From Octopus sinensis (taxonomy: Eukaryota): a stretch of 64,000 nt of DNA. Shown piece by piece: positions 1 through 11,099 of this stretch (position 1 is its first letter; each line of letters starts with the position of its first letter). The notes beneath the pieces are model-generated. The model worked only from the letters and a program-made list of their open reading frames with translations, had not been told where the DNA came from and made no database searches. Made by a program: the position numbers and the translations under genes. Location: the NCBI RefSeq assembly GCF_006345805.1, contig NC_042997.1, positions 33,108,001 to 33,172,000 of the forward strand. Reading direction: 5' to 3'.

Positions 1-846
1 ATGCGACTTAACATCCACTTTTTCATGTTTGCATGGGTTGGACAAAGTTTGTCGAGGCAGATTTTCTATGTCCAGATGTCTATCCTGGTGCCAATACTCA
101 CTGTTTCCAAGAAAGCTAATATTTCTCTATGGCTGGACATGTTTCCACAGCATATTGGTCACAAAGGACACTGTCTATATGATAGAGACACCCATTTACA
201 ATAATCATGCACTGTCATGACAAAGAGGCACCAACTCACGCACACACACACATATGTGTGTGTATATGTATATATATATATATATGTATGTATATATACA
301 TACACATACATATATACACATATCAATGGGCTTCTTTCAGTTTCTGTCTACCAAAGCAACTCTCAAGACTGGTCAGCTTGAGGTTATAGTAAGAGACACT
401 TGCCCAAGGTGCCATGCAGTGGGATTGAACTTGGAACCATATGTTTCGGAAACAAGCCTCTTAACCACACAGCCTTGCTCACACCTATGTAACATATATA
501 TTCAGAATGAGTTTGATAAAAACTTTAATACAAGTTTTACTCATTTGTTACTTAATTATTCTCCATTCTGAAGTTTCTCATGCCCCACCAAAATATTGTC
601 ACACCTCCCTGGTGGAGTATATACTTCACCTTGAGGGAGATTGACTTAGTGTTATGAAATATATGGACGTATACAAATCTTGTGGTACTATGTATAGGAA
701 TCTAAACAATGTGGTAAACAGAGAGAAGTAAACAACTAGCAGTAGCTATTTATCAGGTAAACAACCAAAAGTAAACATAAACAACAAAATAAATTTAAAC
801 ACCTGCAGATTAATATAAAGTTGTAAATAGTGTAAAAGGTAATCAT

Positions 847-1271
847 TAGGCGCAGGAGTGGCTGTGTGGTAAGTAGCTTGCTAACCAACCACATGGTTCC
901 GGGTTCAGTCCCACTGCGTGGCATCTTGGGCAAGTGTCTTCTGCTATAGCCCCGGGCCGACCAATGCCTTGTGAGTGGATTTGGTAGACGGAAACTGAAA
1001 GAAGCCTGTCGTATATATGTATATGTATATATGTATGTGTGTGTATATGTTTGTGTGTCTGTGTTTGTACCCCTAGCATTGCTTGACAACCGATGCTGGT
1101 GTGTTTACATCCCCATCACTTAGCGGTTCGGCGAAAGAGACCAATAGAATAAGTACTGGGTTTACAAAGAATAAGTCCCGGGGTCGATTTGCTCGACTAA
1201 AGGTGGTGCTCCTGCATGGCCGCAGTCAAATGACTGAAACAAGTAAAAGAGTAAAAAGAGAGAGTAAAGAG
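847..1271 (+). mobile_element. tRNA-derived SINE family A, full length
   Basis: A-box TGGCTGTGTGG, B-box GGTTCAGTCC, central (TA)n(TG)n, 3' GCATGGCCGCAGTCAAATGACTGAAAC(AAGTAAAAGAG)n. More than 15 copies in the window. Confidence 0.9.
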
Positions 1272-1321
1272 TATTAGTAGTAGAGGGTAAGTATTTAAAG
1301 GTGTACATAATGCTAAGGTAA

Positions 1322-1813
1322 TTAACCCTTTAGCATTTAAACCATCCATATCTGGCCAAAAATAATCTACCTGTTTTATGTTCAAACTAGTCAGATATGT
1401 TCTCTCACAGCTATCCTATGATGTCATTCTAAAAATAAATAATTACACAATCAAAATCTCAATGCTATGGAATCTTAGTCTTATTCTTAGTTTTTCCTGT
1501 TCCTAACAGAACATTGGGCGATGAGCTGCTTCCACTGAGTATGATCTGCTGCAGCTGTTTTTGTATTAGTTCAGGTCAATTACAGTTCCCATAAATTCTT
1601 GCAGATAGTACTGTGCTAGTTTGGGGGCTATTTCCCTCACCCCTGTTTGTTCCCAGCTGGTGTCCATGTCAGTGTAGTGTGAGGCAGCCTGTGTTCTGAT
1701 AGCTGTATTGTTTTCCAGCTACTGGAGAACAAGCTATGAAATAATGCATGGTTAATTCAAAACAATGTGAATAATAAATAAGCATTACATTTGACAGAAT
1801 GCTAAAGGATTAA
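1322..1813. mobile_element. piggyBac-like MITE (TTAA-flanked) interrupted by an RTE fragment
   Basis: TTAA|CCCTTTAGC...GCTAAAGGA|TTAA; body matches the copies at 4950-5177 and 36236-36464. Confidence 0.75.
1470..1732 (-). mobile_element. Degenerate RTE LINE 3' end
   Basis: Reads ...TKTAAADHTQWKQLIAQCSVRNRKN*, preceded by a stop-riddled RGRP.TW-like segment, with a (TAAGA)n-like tail. Confidence 0.7.
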
Positions 1814-1922
1814 GGCAGTTTATGTAAAGACATTGACGAATACCCAATGTCAAAGATTGTTTTTAATTTAGGCACAAAAGTAGTAATTTTAAGAAGAGGT
1901 ACTAAGTTAAATTGACCTTAGT

Positions 1923-2235
1923 TTTTTTTTTTATGCGCCCTTTTCAAGCCTAGCCAGGCTCATGGGTTGGTTTCCCGGTTTCTGTGGTGTATGTGTTCCT
2001 CCCAGCTGGACGGGACACCAGTCCATCGCAGCATTACTCAAGAAACAGGAAGAAAGAGTGAGTGAAAGTTGGGGCGAAAGAATACAACAGGAGTCACCAC
2101 CACCCTCTGCCGGAGCCTCGTGGAGCTTTAGGTGTTTTCGCTCAATAAACACACACAACACCCGGTCTGGGAATCGAAACCGCAATCCTCCGACCGCAAG
2201 TCCGCTGCCCTAACCACTGGGCCATTGCGTTCCAC
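1923..2235 (-). mobile_element. tRNA-derived SINE family C variant with poly(A) tail
   Basis: TSD AAATTGACC(T/C)TAGT at 1909-1922 and 2236-2249; tRNA-like head. Confidence 0.88.
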
Positions 2236-2839
2236 AAATTGACCCTAGTACTTAACTGGTATTTTATATTATCAATCCCAGAGAGATGAAAGGTAAAGTT
2301 AACCTTGGTGGCTTTTGAACTCAGATGATAAAGAGCCGGAATAAATATTGCAAAGAAATTCTTCTGATTCTCTAAGAATTCGGCCAACCCACCACCTTAT
2401 CTAATATCAAATGTTGAGGTAAATAGTAATAAACATAATAATAAATATACAAACGAATGAACAATGGGGGTTGGGTAGGGGGTGTCTAGGGGTAAACATT
2501 GAGAAGTTTATATAACATTAAAGATAAACAGCAAACAGACAGGTAAACCACAAACAGGTAACCTAATAGAAATAGCAAAACGCATGAACAAACAAACTAA
2601 GATACTCATTGAAAGATAAATTTTGAAAGAGTTTAAACAGAGCTGAAGGAAGGAAAATGATAATCTTAATACTAGTGGTAAAAAAATAAATAAAAAAAAG
2701 ACTAATAAGCAAAATTCCCCTCCCCTCCAAGAAAAAAAAAGCAACAAAAAAAACCAAAACAATAAATAAATAAATTCATAATAAAATTCTTTTGTTTCAT
2801 TTGTTTCAGCCTATCTTCTGCAAAGTAAACGTGTGATTT

Positions 2840-3171
2840 TTCAGTGAGGGCGCGTGGCTTAGTGGTTAGGGCATTCGGCTCATGATCGTAAGGTTGTGAG
2901 TTCGATTCCCGGCGACGCGTTGTGTCCTTGAGCAAGACACTTTATTTCACGTTGCTCCAGTCCACTCAGCTGGCAAAAATGAGTTGTACTTGTATTTCAA
3001 AGGGTCAGCCTTGTCACTCTCTGTGTCACGCTGATTATCCCCGAGAACTACGTTAAGGGTACACGTGTCTGTGGAATGCTCAGCCATTTGCACGTTAATT
3101 TCACGAGCAAGCTGTTCCGTTGATCGTATCAGCTGGGACCCTCGTCGTCGTAACCGGCGGAGTCTTTTAAG
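2840..3171 (+). mobile_element. tRNA-derived SINE (alternative head, family C tail)
   Basis: 13-bp TSD AAACGTGTGATTT at 2827-2839 and 3172-3184; tail shared with 59708-60090. Confidence 0.88.
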
Positions 3172-3258
3172 AAACGTGTGATTTATGTAGTTATTGTTGT
3201 TATAGGGCCGATTGTACTAGTAAAAATTCGATCAATAAATGAATAAAACAAAAAAGGA

Positions 3259-3291
<33 letters not shown>

Positions 3292-3602
3292 ACTACAATG
3301 AATGAAGCAGTCTTCCACAGAAGCTGTGTAAAATGGAGCAAGTAACTGAATGTAACTGACAAACACGAATGTATGAATATATTAGCTAAATGTTGTTTTC
3401 ATTGGACTAGACATTAAATCAACATATTTTTGCAGTGGAAAAGTATATAAGCATGTGATTGAATAAATCCTAACATATTGAATGGCAGCGTGCTACTGGC
3501 AGTAAATTGATGGTTAAATCAATCATTTGGAAGAACTAAAGACAAAATTGTATATGCCTGCAAGATTTGTTTAAATGAGATATATTTAATGAGGTACTAA
3601 TC

Positions 3603-3657
<55 letters not shown>

Positions 3658-3730
3658 TGATAATGATGATGATGATGATGATGATGATGATAATGATGAT
3701 GATGATGATGATTATGATGATGATGATCGA
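3603..3730. repeat. (AAT)n(GAT)n compound microsatellite
   Basis: Direct reading. Confidence 0.95.
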
Positions 3731-4065
3731 TAATGCTCTTTTTCACAGTGATAATGAGAAGAGCATTATCGCTGTGAAAACAACATCCATCCATGAATTT
3801 ATTTATTTATTTATTAATTTTTAAATACATATTTTATCTGTGAATTTGTGTGTGTAATCTGGGAATGCATGCAATGAGCTTCTCTGCCCTAGGTGTACGG
3901 AAAACACTCGGCGAGAAACGGAAGAAAATTTGAAGAAAGAAGGAAAAAAACATAATAATAATAATGATAATAATAAATGAGAAAGAAACCAAACTATGCT
4001 GGATCATAATATAATAATAATAATAATAATGATAATAATAAATAAGAAAGAAACCAAACTATGCT

Positions 4066-4256
4066 GTCAACTGGGCATGTTGTCAACATGCCCAGTTGAC
4101 AACAAGGTATGTGATAAGGAAGAAAGAAAAGTTGATAGGTATGACAAGTTAGCTTGGGAGGTAAAGCAGTTGTGGTCAATGAAAAAGATGGTACTGGTAC
4201 CAATAATTGTTGGAGCCCTGAGAACAGTAAGTAAAAATTTTGAGATGTACGAAAAA
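4066..4256 (+). mobile_element. Restriction-like endonuclease fragment of an R4/NeSL-type non-LTR retrotransposon
   Basis: CPVDNKVCDKEERKVDRYDKLAWEVKQLWSMKKMVLVPIIVGALRTVSK resembles the REL C-terminal motif (P.D..V..KE.EK..KY..L..E...LW......VPIVVGALG). Confidence 0.8.
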
Positions 4257-4949
4257 ACAAAAGACAAAGATAGATGGTGTAGACAACAAACAGATGTATT
4301 AGTTTAATGCCCGGGAAGTGAAAAAGTCTTTAACATTTCGAGCCTATGCTCTTCCACAGAAAGGAACACAGAAAGAAACAAGGAGAGAAAATAAAGAATG
4401 TGTAGTGGCTAGTGATCTGTATATGATGGGCTTCTTTCAGTTTCCGTTAACTAAATCCACTCACAAGGCTTTGGTTGGCCCAAGGCTACAGTAGATGACA
4501 CTTGCCCAAGGTGCCACACAGTAGGACTGGTTGGTAAGCAAGCTACTTACCACACAGCCACTCCTGCACCTATGATTAATTGAATAGCTACTTAACCAAT
4601 TAACTAATCAATTGTTTGCAAATGACTAATCAAACAATCAGTTAGTTGATTGGTTAAACAGTTAACCAATAATAATAAAAGAAGTGAAACAGAACCAGTT
4701 TGTGTGTTTATTATTGGCATAACGACCCTCCTAGGAGACAATAAAAGAAGAGGATATATCTGTAGAGAAACTGATGACAAGCTGTGGATCCCTAACTGTT
4801 CCATACTTTGTCAAATAATGTACTGACTTGGCGATTTGTGACTCCTTTAAGTAAACCAAAATAGATTTTAGATGGAATTGAAACTATACCATATTTGAGA
4901 CACTAGAGGATAATTGCTTATTCTCTGCTACTTGCCTATATTGGTTTCT

Positions 4950-5177
4950 TTAACCTTTTAGTGTTCAGATTACTCTGTTAAATGTAATACTTTTTCACTC
5001 AAATTGTTTTGAAAAATCAGGCATTATTTTATAGCTTTGAGGTTTCAATGATGTGATTGTTTATTTTTAGAATGTCAATGTAGGTTAGGTGTGAGAGGCT
5101 AGATATGGCCAGTTTGAATATAAAACATGTAGAATATATTGGGCCAGATATGGCTGGTTTAAACACTAAAGGGTTAA
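4950..5177. mobile_element. piggyBac-like MITE, reverse orientation
   Basis: TTAA|CCTTTTAGTG...CACTAAAGGG|TTAA. Confidence 0.8.
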
Positions 5178-6283
5178 GGTTAGACACAAAGCTGTTTTGT
5201 AGAAGGGCAATTCAGATGTTATGAAGCAAATGTCCCTCCACTATTTTTAACATTCATGCTTTTTTTTTTTAGAATGTCTTCATGTCTTCATCTGAGGATT
5301 GAAACCATTTTATGGTATCAGCTTTCTGGAAGGTTGCCTTTTGCCTCTTCCATTACATTATTCACCAACTACCCTAACATACTAACCAACAACAATATTA
5401 ATACAACTTAGCATTATTATTAGTGTATCTGTCACATCTATATATGTATTTTGGCAAGCTTCATAGCACAAAATTCCAGCACACTGAATCTGCAACCTAG
5501 TTCCAGAGTTTCACTTGTCTGCTACAGCTATTTTTTAAGATATTGTCATTAATGTCATTGGAACAAGCATGAATGTCACATTTATGATTTCACCTTAGAT
5601 ATTTAAGGGCAATGACTCTAAACAATGAAGGACATAGAATAGAGGGGACCCTTTAAATCCTATTGCAGATAATCTCTTTAGTGCTGGTGGCACAATAAAA
5701 ACCACCTGGTCCATACGACAAAGAGGTTAATAGTAGGAAGAGCATCCAGCTGTAAAAGTCATACCAAAAATAAACACGACAGCAATTATGATTAGCAGTT
5801 TCCTCTGTTGCTGTTTGTATGTGATTAAATGACAAAGAACTGTTACAAGTGGTAAGATGCTGTGAAACTTGACTAATCTAAACTAGCATGGGAACATGAA
5901 CACACAAATCCTACTGCATTCAAATTCCAGTGAGTCCAACATTGGCTTTCAGCCTTTCAGGGTTGATTAAAAAAGTGCCTGTTTAGAGCATTGGATTAGT
6001 GGAACTCTTAGAACATTGGACAAGGTGTTTGTGTATTGCAGCATTTGAAGGTCTTCATGCAATGCTGGGCTGAGTTTCATTTGATATTGTGTTATGTTGC
6101 TTAGCCATTTTTTATTTCTTGTAGTTATGCTGAATGACTTATCTGCCCCAGGTGTAATTGAAACAATCCTGACTAGATAATTAATATGATATTAATATAT
6201 TCATTCTTTTATTTGGTTTGTGTGTGTGTGTACATGTGTGTGCATACGTGTGTGACTCTATATATATATATATATATATATAT

Positions 6284-6546
6284 GGCCTCTGTGCCGGTGG
6301 CACGTAAAAAGCACCATCCGATTGTGGCCGTTGCCAGCCTCGTCTGGCACCTGTGCAGGTGGCACGTAAAAAGCACCCACTACACTCACAGAGTGGTTGG
6401 CGTTAGGAAGGGCATCCAGCTGTAGAAACATTGCCAGATCAGACTGGAGCCTGGTGCAGCCTTCTGGCTTCCCAGACCCCAGTTGAACCGTCCAACCCAT
6501 GCTAGCATGGAAAATGGTCATTAAACGATGATGATGATGATGATGA
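6284..6546 (+). mobile_element. Family B (GAT)n-tailed retroposon
   Basis: GGCACGTAAAAAGCACCCACTACACTC...GGAAGGGCATCCAGCTGTAGAAAC...CCAACCCATGCTAGCATGG...(GAT)n. Further copies at 7375-7680+, 9248-9442+, 37222-37500+, 43355-43633+, 42609-42795-, 49775-50068-. Confidence 0.88.
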
Positions 6547-7689
6547 TATATATATCATAATAATATTAGGGAGTATAACTCCAAACTTACAGGGAAAAAT
6601 TCAGTTTAAAAAAAAAAAATTATCATATATATTACTTGTTATTTATGTATTGGTTTATGTCTATCACTGTTTGAGTTGCATAATAGTGGTTTTATCTCTA
6701 ATTTATATTTTATATATATATATATATAATGTGTGAGGGTGAGTGGTTCAATGATTCTGGGACTAGGTGGCATGCAGTGTTCTTGGGGAAGGTACTTTGT
6801 TTTCTGTTGTTCTGATCTGTTCAAATGAAGTAAGTACCAGCCAAGTGCTGGTGTAGCCCTCTCTCCTTCTAGCTGGCACATCCTGGACATTCCACTGCCT
6901 TAAAAGCAGGAAACCTGGCAGTGTGTCTACGTCAGCTCACAATTATGTGTAAGTGTATGTATATATCCATGCATCTGTCTATCTGTCAGTCTGTCTATCT
7001 ATATACACCATCATCATCATCAACATTTAACATCTGTTTTCCATGTTGGCATGGGTTAGATGGCATGACAGGAACTGACAAAGCCACAGGGCTGTCCTAG
7101 GTTCCATAGTCTGTTGTGACATGGTTTCTATGGCGGAGCACTCTTCCTAGTGCCAGCCATTTTACATAGAGTACTGAGTGCTTTTATGTGATACCCTCAC
7201 CAGTGCTTTTTACATGGCATCAGCACCAGTGCTTTTTATGCGACACCAGCACCTACACCAATGCTTTCTATGTGGCATCTTGGTTTTAGGATCTATTCTG
7301 GTACTGGCACTCAAGCCCCATTCTAGTAGGCTGTTAAGAGCGCCATCTGAGCATGATCGTTGCCAGAGTGGCTATCTGGCCTCCATGCCGGTGGCACGTA
7401 AAAGACACCATCCAAGCATGACCGTTACCAGCATCGCCTTACTGGCACCTGTGCTGTGTAAAAGATTCGAGCGAGGTCATTGCCAGTACCGCTTGACTGG
7501 CACATAAAAGCACCCACTACACTCTCGGAGTGGTTGGCATTAGGAAGGGCATCCAGCTGTAGAAACTCTGCCAGATCAAGATTGAAGCCTGGTGCAGCCA
7601 TTTGGTTCACCAGACCTCAGTCAAATCGTCCAACCCATGCTAGCATGGAAAGCGGATGTTAAACGACAACGATGATGATGATTCTGTTA

Positions 7690-8100
7690 TGATGGCAAGT
7701 CTTCTTGAGTACAGTAATGCACCACATATCTTGGTCCTCTGTCATCTCTTTTGTAAGGTTCATCATTTTGATATCAGCCTTCAATACTTAGTCCCATGTC
7801 TTCCTGGGTCTCTCTCTTCCACAACTTCCTCCCACTTTAAGTGATTGGCACTTCTTGGCCTCATCCATTCGCATAACATGACCATACCAGTGCAGTCTCC
7901 TCTCTTTCATACTGCATATAATTCTGCTTATGTCCAACTTCTCTCTCAATACACCAATATTTTGTGGCACTTGTACACTGACATTGCACATCCAGCAGAG
8001 CATACCAGCTTCATTTCTCTCTGACCTTTTTATGTCATCCACATTCAGAGCTTACATCTTACTACCATGTAGCATCACAGTTTACACACATGCATCATAC
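7690..8100 (-). mobile_element. Degenerate RTE LINE ORF 3' fragment
   Basis: RNEAGMLCWMCNVSV...LREKLDI...RRLHWYGHVMRMDE...GRERPRKTWD: typical RTE post-RT motifs (RL.WYGHV.R, RGRPRKTW). Confidence 0.85.
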
Positions 8101-8337
8101 AGTATTTATCTTTATCCTTATTATTAGTGCTAGTGAGAAGTGAAAGACCAGGCAGGACAAGTGAGCCCAGCCCACTTATGTATGCCTTTCCTCCCTTGGA
8201 CACAAAGACCTGTTGAGGCAAGCGAAGTCGATATAGAACCTCATCCGACGACAGGCACCCATGCCAACCCCCTTTGCTTGCGAAGACATGTTGGGGCAAG
8301 TGAAATCGAAATTGAAATCGAATTGAACCAATCCCAT

Positions 8338-8656
8338 GACTGGCACCTGGCAGATGCCAGGACCCCTGGACTGGTAGTACGTAAAAAGCACTATCCGACT
8401 CGTGGCCGATGCCAGCGCTGCCTCGACTGGCTTCCGTGCCGGTGGCACGTAAATTGCACCAATCCGACCGTGGCCGTTGCCAGCCTCGCCTGACACCTGT
8501 GCGGGTGGCACGTAAAGGGCATCCAGCTGTAGAAACATTGCCAGATAAGACTGGAGCCTGGTGCAGCCTTCTGGCTTCCCAGATCCCCGGTGGAACCGTT
8601 CAACCCATGCTAGCATGGAGAACGGACGTTAAACGATGATGATGATGATGATGATG
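8338..8656 (+). mobile_element. Family B retroposon
   Basis: Two 5' tandem units plus conserved body plus (GAT)n. Confidence 0.85.
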
Positions 8657-9002
8657 AAGTAAACAATTTATCTTCTGTATAAATGACTCTAACAGACCTT
8701 TAAAAGAATGTTGTGCAGCAATATTGAAATATTAGAGAAAAACATACTTAGTAAGATATCATCTGATATCATGCATACTTTTGCAATAAAACAATCAATC
8801 AATTAATTTGCAACATAACAATCTAAATTTTAATCAGGTAAAGCAACCCTTTTTTTATTTATACTTGTTTCATTTATTTAGCTGATTAAATATTTTAATA
8901 TCCATTTCTTCACTAGAATGAGTAAGATGGATGCAAAAATATTGATATTTATATATAGATTGCTGAAATGTGTGTGTGTGTGCATGTGTGTGTGTGTGTG
9001 TA

Positions 9003-9160
9003 TATCATCATCATCATCATCATCATCATCGTTTAACGTCCGTTCTCCATGCTAGCATGGGTTGGACGGTTCGACCAGGGATCTGGGAAGCCAGAAGGCT
9101 GCACCAGGCTCCAGTCTTATCTGGCAATGTTTCTACAGCTGGATGCCCTTCCTAACGCCA
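9003..9160 (-). mobile_element. Family B retroposon, 5'-truncated
   Basis: (CAT)n followed by the reverse complement of the family B body. Confidence 0.88.
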
Positions 9161-9498
9161 TATTTGTAAATATGTAGAACAGAATAAACAGATTACCAGG
9201 CTGAGAGATTTGAAAATTTAGCCAGTTTATTATTTCTTTCACCTGACTGGCCCCTGTGCCGGTGGCACGGAAAAGCACCCACTACACTCTCGGAGTGGTT
9301 GGCGTTAAGAAGGGCATCCAGCTGTAGAAACTTTGCCAGATCAAGACTGGAGCCTGGTGCAGCCACCTGGTTCACCAGCCCACAGTCAAACCGTCAAACC
9401 CATGCTAGCATGCAAAGTGGACGTTAAACGATGATGATGACGACTTCATGTATCTGTGCTAAGATCAAGAAAAGAGGGAAGCTTGTATGTATACTCAC

Positions 9499-9686
9499 CT
9501 AACGATATCACAACCAAGTAGCTTTTCCTCATTCTCTTGTTGGCTGAGCATCTTAGAGAACACAGCTTCATTACCAATACAGACGCCATTTTCATTTGAT
9601 CCACTCTCAGCTCCCCACATCCAAGATGGTTTTGCTATGATAATTGAATAAGTTCTTGCTGCCTGATCGACTTTGGTATAGGTACA
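9499..9686 (-). CDS. SCRN2/3: Secernin second coding exon
   Basis: ccttgcag|TGT ACC TAT...; CTYTKVDQAARTYSIIIAKPSWMWGAESGSNENGVCIGNEAVFSK...LLGCDIVR matches secernin CTYI..Q...SKP.WMWGAEMG.NE.GVCIGNEAV. Ends AG|GTGAGT (phase 2). In frame with the upstream exon; intron 9687-17309. Confidence 0.95.
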
Positions 9687-9989
9687 CTGCAAGGAAACAC
9701 AGATGAAAATTCCGATGATATGTTTGAATTTTAACATTGAAAATTAACATTGCAAATGATTTTTGTAATTATTTTTGTTAGACATCTTCTGCAAATCGTG
9801 TTTATGATATTTTAAATCTTCCAAAATTTTTTTGTAGTCTCACAAGCAACAATCACAGATTCCCAATGTCTTTGTTGTCTGGATAATTAGAAGTAACAGA
9901 AGTATTTGATATAGACACAAAATAATATTAACCTATCATACATATATATATGTAGGTGTATATACACACACACAGATATATTATTATTA

Positions 9990-10037
<48 letters not shown>

Positions 10038-10429
10038 GTAGTAGTAGTAGTAGTAGTAGCAGCAGCAGTAGCAGCAGCATCAACAGAAGCAGTAGCAGCA
10101 GCAGTAGCAGCAGCAGTAGTAGTAGGTAGTAGTGATGGTTGTGGTTGTTGTTACCATTGTGGTTGTCTCATATTCTGAGAAAGATGGTTCTGCAATTTTT
10201 TGATGAACGACCTGCACAAATGAATTATTTATAGTGATTGAATATTTGTGCTGTATATTAGCTTACACCTTCCATGATATCGATGTTACCTAGACAGGTG
10301 CACAATGTAATCACAGAGCAACATGTGATAAAGCGTTTTTGCTCAAGAACACAACAAACTATCCAGTCCAGAAACTACATTCCCTTAATCATGAGTGCAA
10401 CATCCTAACCAGTAGGCCATATAACCTCC

Positions 10430-10465
<36 letters not shown>

Positions 10466-10489
10466 TGCACATACATACATACATACATG

Positions 10490-11040
10490 ATGGCCGTCCA
10501 CTGGTGACCAAAGAAGACCATTGCTGACCTTCAGGAACATTGTGCGCTCTAGGACTAACTTATATTTTGCATTTGCGGCTCTGTTGGTGGCTAATGAGCC
10601 CTGCTCTTGACAAGCATACATGACTTGCAGACCAAGCTTTCCCCATTCACTATACGAGCCGTGTGCTTTCGCGCAGCTCGCCTAAGTTCTTCATGCTGGA
10701 TACGTGCTCTCTCAAAAGTGTCGATCCCCTCCTTAACCTGCTTCCTCCATCTGTGGCGATGACAGGCATTGTTCTCCCAGTCAGTGTCCTGCATATCAAA
10801 GGCCTTTAACGAGGACTTAACACAGTCCTTAAATCGCAGCCTTGGTTTCTGCCGGGTCTCCTTCCATTCACAAGTTCTCCATAGAGCATCTGCTTAGGAA
10901 TCCTTCTATCCTCCATTCTAATAAGGTGTCCAGTTCAACACAACCGGTGCTTGTGTACCATCGCCTCAATACTCAAGATATCAGTTGTCCTCAGGATCTG
11001 TGTGTCTGGAATTTTTGAGGTCCAGCCAACATTGAGAATA
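10490..11040 (-). mobile_element. RTE (BovB/RTE-1-like) LINE 3' fragment
   Basis: ILNVGWTSKIPDTQIL...GHLIRMEDRRIPKQMLYGELVNGRR/QKPRLRFKDCVKSSLK...W...CKSC; one stop and frameshifts. Confidence 0.88.
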
Positions 11041-11065
11041 CATACATACATACATACTTACATTC

Positions 11066-11099
<34 letters not shown>

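Noticed and set aside
2846-2925. tRNA-like sequences (also 23330-23397, 59708-59780, 17815-17890)
   Set aside because: They have A/B boxes but no paired acceptor stem and continue into SINE bodies bounded by TSDs.
5975-6030. Words resembling secernin exon 3 (ALD..ELLEH..GQG)
   Set aside because: Wrong strand, spread over different frames with stops, and within a decayed family D SINE. No true exon 3 (LGLER...) was found in 1-9498.
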